Positions 9,149 to 18,811 are shown, counted from the first letter of the stretch. The stretch is 64,000 nt of DNA from Candidatus Omnitrophota bacterium (GCA_043813915.1 JBDRKO010000026.1:66236-130235), one strand, 5' to 3'. The notes: generated by a model from the sequence alone, not told the origin. Made by a program: numbers and translations.

Positions 9149-10378
9149 TCATGCCATGACCGATCCGCCGCAGACAAGCATCTGGCTTCCCACAACGTAA
9201 TCCGTGTAAGATGAAGCCATCAGAAGCACGACGTTCGCCGTGTCGATCGGTTCCGCGTTCCTTTTAAGGGGAACATCCATAGCCATCTTCTTTTTGAACC
9301 ATTCGGGTATATGCGCTCCGAGATCGGTGTCCGTGAAACCGGGGGAGACGACATTGAAGAAGATGTTCTTAGAGGCGTATTCCACGGCAAGCGAACGTGT
9401 AAGGCCCAGAAGAGCGGTTTTAGCGGTCACATATTTCGTGAAGCCGGCCGGCGGGGCGCTGTTGGTATACACTGTGGTGATATTGACGACTTTACCGTAG
9501 CCGTTCTTTTCCATTACGGGAAGGACAGCTTTCGTGCAGTTGAAAGCGCCTTTTACCGCTACATCAATATCTTTTTGAATATCTTCCCATTCGAGTTTTT
9601 CAAATTCAACGGGTATAGCATCACTCATAGCGTTATTTACGAGGATGTCGATCTTACCGAACTCCTTCAACGCTTTTGATATCATTTTGCTGACTTCGTC
9701 TTTATCTGACACATCGGCTTTAAGGGCGACGGCCCTTTTTTTTGAAGATACAATATCTTTCACGACACGATCGGCATCTTTTTTGCCGAGCCTGTAATTG
9801 ACTATCACGTCCGCTCCGTGATGCGCGAAAAGTTTTGCTGTGGCCTCTCCGATCCCGCGGCTTGCGCCGGTTACAAGAACGACCTTACCCTTAAAATCCA
9901 GATTCACGGCTTTTTTTTTAAGTTCCTTCATTGTTACACCTCTTTTTGCGGGTGGATTCACCAGGACACCTACGGTTCCGGTGATAACGGTCTCGTTTTT
10001 CTGGTTGGTTATGGCGATAACTATATCAATTTTACCCGAAATGTCATTTTTTGATCTTACGTTACCGGTTATCATGAGGATATCACCGGCCTTGACGGGT
10101 TTAAGATATTTAGCGGAATGATCAAGGATAAGGGCGTTCTCCCCGGGAAGGTACATACCGACAAGTGTAGATACGTAAGAATAGGCTAAAAGACCGTGCG
10201 CTACACGGCTCCGGAAACGCGTTTTCCTGGCGAATTCTTCGTTTACATGAATAGGGCTGTGGTCACCGGTCAATTCCGCGAAATGTGATATGGTCTTTTC
10301 GGTGATCCCGGCCTTGAAAGAGGCCTTTTGCCCTACGGTGATCTCGCCTATAGTATACTTTTTAGCGGCTTTATTCAT
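9149..10378 (-). CDS. MaoC-like (R)-hydratase/dehydratase hot-dog domain fused to short-chain dehydrogenase/reductase (FabG-like)
   Basis: N-terminal HSPIHVNEEFARKTRF...VAHG hot-dog motif; C-terminal VTGASRGIG Rossmann motif, NNA, and YxxxK (YVTAK) SDR catalytic motif; the only minus-strand gene in the window. Confidence 0.65.
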   Translation of the reverse strand: MNKAAKKYTIGEITVGQKASFKAGITEKTISHFAELTGDHSPIHVNEEFARKTRFRSRVAHGLLAYSYVSTLVGMYLPGENALILDHSAKYLKPVKAGDILMITGNVRSKNDISGKIDIVIAITNQKNETVITGTVGVLVNPPAKRGVTMKELKKKAVNLDFKGKVVLVTGASRGIGEATAKLFAHHGADVIVNYRLGKKDADRVVKDIVSSKKRAVALKADVSDKDEVSKMISKALKEFGKIDILVNNAMSDAIPVEFEKLEWEDIQKDIDVAVKGAFNCTKAVLPVMEKNGYGKVVNITTVYTNSAPPAGFTKYVTAKTALLGLTRSLAVEYASKNIFFNVVSPGFTDTDLGAHIPEWFKKKMAMDVPLKRNAEPIDTANVVLLMASSYTDYVVGSQMLVCGGSVMA

Positions 10379-10579
10379 ATGGACTTATGGTACGCTATCC
10401 CGCATACATTGTCAAGCGCTGCAAGGTTTTACCCGGTATGTTTACATCCGATCCGGAGGGGATATCACGGGATACAGGATCGGACAAGGTTCTACGCTAA
10501 AAGAGCAGTATTTACTTGCCCTATAAGGTATTTATATTATAATATCAGTCTGACACACACTTTACAAAAGGAGTTGGAT

Positions 10580-11548
10580 ATGGCTGGATTCTATAATAAT
10601 AAAAGGGTGCTTGTTACAGGCGCTGACGGTTTTATGGGGTCGCATCTTACCGAAAAACTGCTTGCCGAAGGGGCAAAAGTGTCGGTTTTTGTCCGGGGAA
10701 GCTCGACGATAGGCACCACCCAGTACGCGCTTAGGAATATTAAGCATATAGAGAAAAATCTGGAGGGGATAATTACCGGCAATATAGCCGCGCAGGACGC
10801 CAAGGACCTGGTGATAAAGAACAGACCCAGCATAATATTTCACCTTGCCGCGGACGCATATGTCCCCAATTCTTTCGATCATCCCATGGAGGTCATGGAG
10901 ACGAACCTGATAGGTACGCTGAATATGCTCCATGCGGTAAAAGAGAGCAAGGGAATAAAAAGGATAGTTTGTACGTCTTCCAGTGAGATATACGGCATGA
11001 CCATCGGCGGGTCCATAAATGAGGACCATTTGCTTTATCCCTCATCTCCCTATGCCGCGAGTAAGGTAGCGGCGGATAAGTATTGCTACTCATACTGGAA
11101 TACGTATCATCTGCCGGTAGCTATCATCAGGCCGTTCAATACTTACGGCCCTCGGCATACCTATGACGTAATACCGAAATTTATAGACATGGCGCTTAAG
11201 AACAAAACTCTTACCGTACATGGTACAGGCCGGCAGTCGAGGGATTTCACGTATGTAGACGACATGATAGACGCTTTCATGTTAATGGGCAGGCATGAGG
11301 ACGCTATAGGCAAAGCGGTCAACTTCGGTACCGGTGAGGCTATAACCGTAAATTACATAGCGAAGAAAGTGAAAGAGCTCTCCGGATCAAAGTCTAAGAT
11401 AGTGCATACGAAAGACCGGAAGGCGCAGGTGCCGAAGCTTTTATGCGATTATTCGCTGGCTAAGAAATTATTCGGATGGAAACCGAAGATATTTATTGAT
11501 GAGGGTCTCAGGAGGAACATAGAATGGGAGAAAGAGAACCGGGTGTAA
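10580..11548 (+). CDS. NAD-dependent sugar-nucleotide epimerase/dehydratase (extended SDR)
   Basis: VTGADGFMGSHL Rossmann motif, YAASK catalytic YxxxK; ATG 10580 preceded by aaaggag SD; ORF-track upstream extension to 10328 rejected. Confidence 0.7.
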   Translation: MAGFYNNKRVLVTGADGFMGSHLTEKLLAEGAKVSVFVRGSSTIGTTQYALRNIKHIEKNLEGIITGNIAAQDAKDLVIKNRPSIIFHLAADAYVPNSFDHPMEVMETNLIGTLNMLHAVKESKGIKRIVCTSSSEIYGMTIGGSINEDHLLYPSSPYAASKVAADKYCYSYWNTYHLPVAIIRPFNTYGPRHTYDVIPKFIDMALKNKTLTVHGTGRQSRDFTYVDDMIDAFMLMGRHEDAIGKAVNFGTGEAITVNYIAKKVKELSGSKSKIVHTKDRKAQVPKLLCDYSLAKKLFGWKPKIFIDEGLRRNIEWEKENRV

Positions 11549-12006
11549 AGATACACCCCACAGCCATAATCTCTGATAAGGCCAAGATAGGCAAAGGGAC
11601 GGTTATATGGGCTTACGCCCAGGTGATGGACGGCGCGGAAATAGGCGAGGGGTGCGTTCTGGGAAACGGCGTTTATGTGGATAGGAATGTAAAAATAGGT
11701 AGTAACGTTAAAATACATAACAAGGCTTCTGTTTATAACGGTACGGTTATTAAGGATAATGTTTTTGTAGGACCGCATGCATGTTTTACCAATGATAAAC
11801 ATCCGAGATGCGATAAAACGAGAGATATGAATGAAGTATCGTGGTATGTAGGCGAAGGCGCTTCAATAGGGGCAAACGTAACGGTTCTTCCGGATGTAAA
11901 TATCGGACCTGGTGCTGTAGTGGGCGCGGGGTCGGTAGTGACTAAAGATGTACCGGAAGGCGCGGTCTGTTATGGGAATCCGGCGCGGGTGGTTGAGGGG
12001 GGATAG
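11524..12006 (+). CDS. hexapeptide-repeat (left-handed beta-helix) sugar N-/O-acetyltransferase
   Basis: Multiple [LIV]-G-x-x-x-x hexapeptide repeats (IGKGTVIWAYAQV, IGEGCVLGNGVYV, IGSNVKIHN...); overlaps the upstream epimerase by 25 nt. Confidence 0.6.
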   Translation: MGEREPGVKIHPTAIISDKAKIGKGTVIWAYAQVMDGAEIGEGCVLGNGVYVDRNVKIGSNVKIHNKASVYNGTVIKDNVFVGPHACFTNDKHPRCDKTRDMNEVSWYVGEGASIGANVTVLPDVNIGPGAVVGAGSVVTKDVPEGAVCYGNPARVVEGG

Positions 12007-12236
12007 AGAGTGTCAAAGTGTCAGAGTATCAGAGTGTCAGGTTGGACCGATGCGGGAAGAAGGGACAGAGGGAAGAAAGACGAAGGAAGAAGGACGAAGG
12101 AAGAAAGACGCGGGCGGACGTGTAATGTTTTATGTGTGATGTGTAAGGACGAGATTGCTTCCCCCCGTCGCTTTGCTCCGCAAAGCGGAGCAGCGGGGGT
12201 CGCAATGACGGGTGGGAGGAAAGGTTGAAAGGGCGA

Positions 12237-13499
12237 ATGATTCATAAAACAGAGAATGTATTAAGCGAGGAAATAATCCTGGCAAAAAACTGGATATTGA
12301 ATTCGGGGATACAGAATACAGACGGCAAAAATCAAGGGGGGTTCAATTCGTGGTTTGATGTAGGATCCGGGGGGTATCCGTATGTTTATTCCGAGATAAC
12401 GGGATACGGGATAACAACGCTTTTGTATTTGAAACTATTTTTTGACGGTCAATTTTTAGATCGAGCGAGGTATGCGGCGGATTGGCTCATAAAAAATGCC
12501 GTCAGTGAAAACGGCGGGGTGAGAACAAGGGACTATCAGCAGGATATGTATGAGTCGGAGGCGTATTCTTTTGAAAGCGGTAACATATATACTTTTGACA
12601 GCGGAATGGTCCTATACGGAATGATCAGTCTATACAGGGACTGCAAGGATAATAAATATCTCGAAATATCAAAAAAAATAGCTTCATTTTTGATGAACCA
12701 TATGCGGAAGGAAGATGGGTTTTTCTACGCGTCATACGATCCCGCTACTAAAGAAAAAGCGGATTCTCCGTGGAAATGGTCTACGCAGAGCGGTAGTTAC
12801 CACGCGAAATTAGCTTTGGGATTTACCGATCTATATGAGGTAACCGGGGAAGAGGTCTATAAGGACGCCGCGCTATCTCTTTGCGGCAAAGCAATGGACT
12901 TGCAGGATCCTTCCGGAAGATTTATAACATCCCGCGCTGATAACAGTACTCATATGCATCCTCATGCGTATTCAGCCGAAGGGCTTTTGTACACCGGTAT
13001 ACATTTTGAAGAGGACGATCTTATTGATTCCGCCGAGAGAGCGGTTAAATGGTCTTTAGATAGCCAAAATCCGGACGGAGGGATACCCAAAAAACATAAC
13101 GGGCAGGACTTTATAAATTTGTACAGGGCCGATATACTTGCTCAGATACTCAGGTTAGGGGCTCTTTTAAAAAGTTTGGGAAGATTGGATGAAACATATT
13201 CATCTAAATTGGAGAAATTACGCAATAGCTTGCTTTCTTTTCAGTATAAAGAAAATGATCGGCAAAAAGGCGGATTCTATTATGGGTTCACCTTGGACGG
13301 AAAGAAGAAAGAACATATCAATTCATGGTGCAGTATGTTCGCTTTACAAGCTCTTATCATGTACGAGGAAAGCCTAGGGAGAGACTTAAGGAAAAGTGTC
13401 AGAGTGTCCCCGTACCAGTCTCTTCGTTCCGGTACAGGACAGGCGGCGTGTCAGAGTGTCAAGAAAGATAACACTAACATAATGGAGTATTTTGTATAA
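12237..13499 (+). CDS. hypothetical protein, repeated Gly-rich/aromatic segments suggestive of an (alpha/alpha)6-toroid sugar-modifying fold
   Basis: Periodic motifs ENGGVRTRDY / EDGFFYASYDP / PSGRFITSRAD / PDGGIPKKHNG; last ~25 codons are encoded by a GTGTCAGAG repeat module so the true C-terminus is uncertain. Confidence 0.3.
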   Translation: MIHKTENVLSEEIILAKNWILNSGIQNTDGKNQGGFNSWFDVGSGGYPYVYSEITGYGITTLLYLKLFFDGQFLDRARYAADWLIKNAVSENGGVRTRDYQQDMYESEAYSFESGNIYTFDSGMVLYGMISLYRDCKDNKYLEISKKIASFLMNHMRKEDGFFYASYDPATKEKADSPWKWSTQSGSYHAKLALGFTDLYEVTGEEVYKDAALSLCGKAMDLQDPSGRFITSRADNSTHMHPHAYSAEGLLYTGIHFEEDDLIDSAERAVKWSLDSQNPDGGIPKKHNGQDFINLYRADILAQILRLGALLKSLGRLDETYSSKLEKLRNSLLSFQYKENDRQKGGFYYGFTLDGKKKEHINSWCSMFALQALIMYEESLGRDLRKSVRVSPYQSLRSGTGQAACQSVKKDNTNIMEYFV

Positions 13500-14621
13500 A
13501 TGAAGAGAAAAATAGCTTTTATTTTTGGAACAAGACCCGAAATAATAAAAATGAGCCCCATAATCCGGCAATGTATCAAAAATAAAATTCCTTTTTTTAT
13601 GGTGCATACCGGACAACATTATTCGCACAGTATGTCTGATCTTTTTCTTGAAGAGCTTAAATTACCGGAACCGGATTATAACCTCAAGATCAGATCGAAA
13701 GCTCCGCATCGGCAGGGGGAACATACCGGGAAAATGATGGTGAAGCTCGATGAAATATTACTTAAGGAAATGCCTTCGGTAGTATTGGTTCAGGGCGATA
13801 CGAATTCGGCTTTAGCGGGAGCATTAACTGCTTCTAAAATATCGACTACCAAAGCATTCACCGGGTTTGAGATAAAGGTGGGACATGTAGAAGCCGGGCT
13901 TAGGAGTTATGATAGGACTATGCCCGAAGAAATAAATAGGGTCATTATTGATCATTTATCCGATTATCTTTTTGTTCCCTCAGTTGATGCTAAAAAGATA
14001 GTTCTTTCGGAAGGGATAAAGAAAGAAAAAATATGGGTAACCGGTAACACTATAGTAGATGCTGCATATCATGCGAGAGACTTAAATGCAAACACGAGGG
14101 ACAAGAGGCGATGGACGAAGGGCGAAGGATATATTTTGTTGACACTTCATCGTCAGGAGAACGTTGATGATAAAATTAGACTTAAGAAGATCCTGCAGGG
14201 GGTAGAACAAGTTTCAAAAAAACACAAATTGACCGTAATATTTCCTATTCATCCCAGAACAATGAATAAAATAGAAATATTTAAGATCGCTATGCCAAGA
14301 TCTGTGGATATAGTTAAACCTAAAGGGTTTTTAGATTTTATCCGGTTGGAATCAAGAGCGGATCTTATTTTGACAGATTCCGGCGGGTTACAGGAAGAAG
14401 CATGCGCTCTTAGGATCCCTTGTGTGACGCTTAGGAATTCCACGGAAAGACCCGAAACTGTGGATGCAGGGGCAAATATGGTAGCGGGAATAGAACCGGA
14501 GAATATAGTACGGTGCGCTGATAGGATGCTTTCCGCGAAAAAGAACTGGGGAAATCCTTTTGGCAGCGGGAAAGCGGCTATTAAGATACTGGATATATTG
14601 AAAAAGGATAATAACATATGA
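13500..14621 (+). CDS. wecB: UDP-N-acetylglucosamine 2-epimerase (non-hydrolysing)
   Basis: IAFIFGTRPEIIKMSPII N-terminus, HTGQHYS, HVEAGLRS motifs typical of WecB/MnaA. Confidence 0.8.
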   Translation: MKRKIAFIFGTRPEIIKMSPIIRQCIKNKIPFFMVHTGQHYSHSMSDLFLEELKLPEPDYNLKIRSKAPHRQGEHTGKMMVKLDEILLKEMPSVVLVQGDTNSALAGALTASKISTTKAFTGFEIKVGHVEAGLRSYDRTMPEEINRVIIDHLSDYLFVPSVDAKKIVLSEGIKKEKIWVTGNTIVDAAYHARDLNANTRDKRRWTKGEGYILLTLHRQENVDDKIRLKKILQGVEQVSKKHKLTVIFPIHPRTMNKIEIFKIAMPRSVDIVKPKGFLDFIRLESRADLILTDSGGLQEEACALRIPCVTLRNSTERPETVDAGANMVAGIEPENIVRCADRMLSAKKNWGNPFGSGKAAIKILDILKKDNNI

Positions 14622-15658
14622 GAGTGGCTTTTTTTGTTTACCCTTCGGCTTTTCAGAATAAAGGCGGAGGAGAGATACTTCTGGAAAAAACCGAAGAATA
14701 TCTGATAAAAAAAGGTATCGAGGTAAAACGTTTCGATATGTGGTCCGATAAGATCGAGAACTATGATATTCTTCATGTTTTCGGATCGGTTAAAGAATGT
14801 TTGGGTCTGATGCTGGTGGCAAGATCAAGAGGAGTAAAGGTAGTGCTTGAATCCATATTCTGGTCGGATATCAGGCGCGCATTCTTTGAATACGGCTCAC
14901 TTTCGGAAAAAGCGGCCAAAGTGATGCGTCATACTATGAAACTTTTATGTCCAGCTTTTCCGTCGTCGCGAAGAAAAATGTTCCTGGCCGCGGATATGAT
15001 ATTCCCGAATTCCGACAACGAAGCCCGGCAGATATCCAGGTTATTCGGTATAAAAAAAGATAAAATGTTCGTTGTCCCTAACGGGGTGGATGCTATCTTC
15101 GCCGCCGGAAATGCGGCCGATTTTACGCATAAATACGGATTAAAGGATTTTGTTCTTTATACGGGAAGAATAGAGCCCCGCAAGAATCAGCTCAATCTTA
15201 TCCGGGCCATGAAAGGTGTCGACCGTGATCTGGTCCTGATCGGTGATCGGGTTTCCGCATACGGGGATTATTATGACAGGTGCAGAAAAGAAGCCGGCGA
15301 AAGAACACATTTTATTCCCAGGATGGATCATGATTCGGACCTCTTTAGGGCCGCATACGCGGCGTGTGAAGTTTTTGTATTGCCGGGCTGGTTCGAGACT
15401 CCGGGCCTTGCGGCTGTGGAAGCCGCTCTTGCCGGAGCCAAACTTGTAGTGACGGACGGAGGGAGTACAAAAGAATATTTCAAGGATAAAGCTTTGTATA
15501 TAGATCCCGGCAGCCCCGCGGATATAAATAAGAAGATACAGAGCGCTCTTCGGGAAAAAAGGAGCGATGCTTTGAAAAACATGATAACAGGATCTTTAAC
15601 CTGGGAAAAAGTAGCTGAACGCATGATAGAAGGATATAGAAAGGTATTGGAACGATGA
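14618..15658 (+). CDS. glycosyltransferase family 1 (GT4)
   Basis: YTGRIEPRKN and ETPGLAAVEAALAGAKLVVTD (EX7E-like) motifs; 4-nt overlap with wecB stop. Confidence 0.7.
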   Translation: MRVAFFVYPSAFQNKGGGEILLEKTEEYLIKKGIEVKRFDMWSDKIENYDILHVFGSVKECLGLMLVARSRGVKVVLESIFWSDIRRAFFEYGSLSEKAAKVMRHTMKLLCPAFPSSRRKMFLAADMIFPNSDNEARQISRLFGIKKDKMFVVPNGVDAIFAAGNAADFTHKYGLKDFVLYTGRIEPRKNQLNLIRAMKGVDRDLVLIGDRVSAYGDYYDRCRKEAGERTHFIPRMDHDSDLFRAAYAACEVFVLPGWFETPGLAAVEAALAGAKLVVTDGGSTKEYFKDKALYIDPGSPADINKKIQSALREKRSDALKNMITGSLTWEKVAERMIEGYRKVLER

Positions 15659-16347
15659 AGTTATCTATACTTTTGCCGGTCTATAATGAGGTAAATACCC
15701 TGCTTGCACTGCTGAACAAAGTCGGCGGCGTGAATATGGAAAAAGAGATAATACTCGTAGATGATCGTTCGACGGACGGGACCAGAGAACTCCTGAAAGA
15801 GAAAATAGACGGTAAGATCGCCGGGATAAAAGTCTTTTATCACGAGAAAAATAAAGGTAAAGGAAGCGCGGTCCGAACGGCGCTGGAACACGCTGATGGG
15901 GATTATTGTATAATCCAGGATGCGGATCTTGAATACGATCCCGAAGATTATATATCGCTCATCGCCCGCGCAATGGACGGCAAAGAAGATGTTGTATACG
16001 GATCGAGGTTCCTCAGGACTTGGAAAACCACTTCATTTACCCATTATATGGTCAACGGATCGTTGACCTTTCTCACTAACCTGCTTTTTGGAAGCGGTCT
16101 GACCGACATGGAGACCTGTTATAAACTTGTGCGGACGGATGTCATGAAAAGTCTGGATCTCAAAGCCGACAGGTTCGAGTTGGAGCCGGAGATCACGGCT
16201 AAACTCCTGAAAAAAGGCCACAAGATACCCGAGATACCCGTATCATACAAGGGCAGGTCCTACCATGAAGGCAAAAAAATAGGGTGGAAGGACGGAATAG
16301 AAGCCGTGATAACTTTATTCCGTCTAAAGTTTTCACGTAACAAATGA
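15655..16347 (+). CDS. polyprenyl-phosphate sugar synthase, GT2 (GtrB/ArnC/Dpm1-like)
   Basis: LSILLPVYNE, VDDRSTDGT, IIQDADLEYDPED (DxD) motifs; about 230 aa soluble GT2 immediately upstream of a GT-C membrane transferase. Confidence 0.7.
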   Translation: MKLSILLPVYNEVNTLLALLNKVGGVNMEKEIILVDDRSTDGTRELLKEKIDGKIAGIKVFYHEKNKGKGSAVRTALEHADGDYCIIQDADLEYDPEDYISLIARAMDGKEDVVYGSRFLRTWKTTSFTHYMVNGSLTFLTNLLFGSGLTDMETCYKLVRTDVMKSLDLKADRFELEPEITAKLLKKGHKIPEIPVSYKGRSYHEGKKIGWKDGIEAVITLFRLKFSRNK

Positions 16348-17699
16348 AAAATGACATCATTTTGATAACGGCAATAGCCGCTGTGGTGCTGCTGTCCGGT
16401 TTGGGGTCCGGCAGCCTGAGCTCCTGGGACGAGGCTTTTTATGCGCAAGTATCCAGAGAAATGGAGATGTCGAATAACTGGATAGACCTTACCTGGGGAG
16501 ATGCTCCGTGGAGCGATAAGCCTCCGCTTTACATGTGGGGAACCGTACTTTTTTATAAAATATTCGGTGTGAATGAATTCTCGGCGCGTTTATTTTCCGC
16601 ACTTGCGGGCATATTTACGGCTCTCGTGACATATCTCTTGGCGAGAAAGCTGTTTTCCAGAAGAGAAGGCATACTTTCGGCTATTATGCTCTTAAGTACT
16701 TATCATTTTTTCTGGTTCGCGAGATCGGGAACTTTGGATGTTACCTTCACCCTGTTCGTACTGCTCTCGGTATACTTTTTTATGTCGTCCGATACGGACC
16801 GTCGCAATATCATATACTCCGCTTTGTTCTTCGGCCTGGCTTTTCTTACCAAAGGGATAGGCGCTTTTATCATACCGTTAATAATGATCCCCTATATCGC
16901 GATAACGCGCCGGTGGGATATGATATCCGATCGTTATACTTTAATGGGAGCCGTTCTGTTCGTTGCGACGGTGGGGATATGGTATTCAGCGGCGTTCATG
17001 CATTACGGCGCGTCGTTCTTTGAGGGCAACATCATAAAACATCTTATAACACGCACTACCGGGACAGTGGACGGGCATTACGGGAATTGGCTCGCATATG
17101 TGAACACGGTGTTGTATAAGGGGAAGCCATGGGGAGCCGTGGGCCTTATGGCTCTTCCGTTCTTTATATATGGGAGCATACGGGAACACAAGGCATCCGG
17201 GTGGATCCTCATATCCTGGATATTCATGACTTTGCTGGTCTTCAGCTCTATACGCACAAAACTGCATTGGTACATCATGCCCGTATACCCGGCCGTTATA
17301 ATAGTGGCCGGATGGGGTGTGTCACGGCTGTTGAAGAAACGCGCGTTGTTCACGGTCGCTGCATGTGCCGCGGCCATGATCCTGTATTTTGGATCGAAAA
17401 AAGGTCTTTTTGCCCTTGATTTCAACCCGGAAATAAAGGCTTTTTCCGTTGCGACCGCCGATAATATAGCGGACGGCGAAAAGATGTATCTTTACGGTGT
17501 CGGAGACCCAGGCGTCAGATTCTATTTAGGAGGGCACGGTAAAAATTTAAATTCGGAAAAAGAACTGGAACAAGCGCTGAGCGAAAACAGCGGTATTGTT
17601 ATTGTGGGGGAAACTTCCATGTTCGAAGAAAAAGGCCTGCGCGGAGAGATACTAGCTATGGGTCCGGGCAGGATAAGAGCTGTCCGGATGGAAAGGTGA
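16344..17699 (+). CDS. ArnT/PMT-like GT-C membrane glycosyltransferase (uses polyprenyl-P-sugar donor)
   Basis: Many TM helices, first periplasmic loop DEAFYAQVSREM...DKPPLYMW resembling the ArnT/PMT DE...KPPL motif; translationally coupled to upstream GT2. Confidence 0.6.
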   Translation: MKNDIILITAIAAVVLLSGLGSGSLSSWDEAFYAQVSREMEMSNNWIDLTWGDAPWSDKPPLYMWGTVLFYKIFGVNEFSARLFSALAGIFTALVTYLLARKLFSRREGILSAIMLLSTYHFFWFARSGTLDVTFTLFVLLSVYFFMSSDTDRRNIIYSALFFGLAFLTKGIGAFIIPLIMIPYIAITRRWDMISDRYTLMGAVLFVATVGIWYSAAFMHYGASFFEGNIIKHLITRTTGTVDGHYGNWLAYVNTVLYKGKPWGAVGLMALPFFIYGSIREHKASGWILISWIFMTLLVFSSIRTKLHWYIMPVYPAVIIVAGWGVSRLLKKRALFTVAACAAAMILYFGSKKGLFALDFNPEIKAFSVATADNIADGEKMYLYGVGDPGVRFYLGGHGKNLNSEKELEQALSENSGIVIVGETSMFEEKGLRGEILAMGPGRIRAVRMER

Positions 17700-18811
17700 A
17701 AATGTATATCTACGAAAAAAAAATCCTGATGGTCATGTTCTTCTTGATAGACGCGGTCGGATATTTATTTGCCCTACCGCTGCGTATCTTCCGGAAAGAA
17801 GCGGTACTTGTTCCTAAAAAGATACTTATCATACGGCTGGATCACATTGGAGATGTTGTCGAGGCGACAGTTGTTTTGAAGCCGTTACGCAAAAAACTCC
17901 CGGATGCCGAGATAGTTTTTATGGCACATTCCCGGTCAAAAGACATCCTGGAAAAGAACCCGCATATAGATAAGGTTATTTCTTTTGACGCGCCATGGTT
18001 TGACCGAAAGTCCCATAAGGCAGTTAGGGATTTAAAAGCGCTGGCACAGATGATAAATACGATACGGACCGGAAGTTTTAATGCGGCTGTAGATCTCAGG
18101 GGTGATGTGCGCCATATTACGGCTATGTTCTTCGCTGGGGTAAAGAGCAGAATAAGTTACGGTATAACCGGAGGAGGATTTCTCCTTACGCATATTATTC
18201 CGTATAGAAAAAAGTCCCATGAGACAGAAAAGAACATAATGCTTTTAGGACCGTTCGGGATAACTGCGGGTTCCTTTGGAACGGAACTCTATTATTCCGA
18301 AAAAGACGCGGAAAAAGCGGAATCCTTAAAGAAAGACGCGGGCATTTCAGACAAGTACGCTGTGATGCATGCTTTTCCGGGCCATTCTTCAAAAAAATGG
18401 AATGCTGATAAATTCCGGGCGGTCACGCGGTATCTGCGAAGTGAGAAGGGCCTGCAGGTCGTTATCGTGGGGACGGCAAGCGAAGAGGCGTATATAAAAG
18501 GCCTGAAGGGGCCGGAAGAGGATGATGGGGTCATTGATATCTCGGGTAAGACCGGTCTTGGAATGCTTGGGCATATCTTAAAAAAGGCCTCTATTTTTGT
18601 CGGGCTAGATTCAGGCCCTTCACATATCGCCGCCGCGGAAGGTGTTCCCGGCGTGGTGCTGTTCAGCGGAGTGAATGACCCCGGTCAATGGGCTCCGCGT
18701 TCGGAAAAGATCAAGATCATTTATCCCGGGGAAGGTAAGGATCTATCAGGTGTATCTACGGAAGAGGTGTGCGGAGCAATAGACGAAGTGCTTGATAAGA
18801 GTCAGAAGTAG
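17696..18811 (+). CDS. glycosyltransferase family 9 (heptosyltransferase-like)
   Basis: KILIIRLDHIGDVV N-terminal motif of ADP-heptose:LPS heptosyltransferases, C-terminal GLDSGPSHIAAA; likely true start ATG 17702. Confidence 0.6.
   Translation: MKMYIYEKKILMVMFFLIDAVGYLFALPLRIFRKEAVLVPKKILIIRLDHIGDVVEATVVLKPLRKKLPDAEIVFMAHSRSKDILEKNPHIDKVISFDAPWFDRKSHKAVRDLKALAQMINTIRTGSFNAAVDLRGDVRHITAMFFAGVKSRISYGITGGGFLLTHIIPYRKKSHETEKNIMLLGPFGITAGSFGTELYYSEKDAEKAESLKKDAGISDKYAVMHAFPGHSSKKWNADKFRAVTRYLRSEKGLQVVIVGTASEEAYIKGLKGPEEDDGVIDISGKTGLGMLGHILKKASIFVGLDSGPSHIAAAEGVPGVVLFSGVNDPGQWAPRSEKIKIIYPGEGKDLSGVSTEEVCGAIDEVLDKSQK

Noticed and set aside
10328-10579. ORF-track 5' extension of the epimerase/dehydratase gene (406-aa version)
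   Set aside because: Extension overlaps the divergent MaoC-SDR gene start and has no Rossmann motif; a strong aaaggag SD precedes ATG 10580, giving a canonical 323-aa enzyme.
12010-12230. ORFs 11948-12139, 12010-12228 and 12021-12245 encoding Arg/Glu/Lys-rich peptides
   Set aside because: Entirely within purine-rich GACGAAGGAAGAAGGACG and GTGTCAGAG repeat modules; low-complexity translation artefacts.
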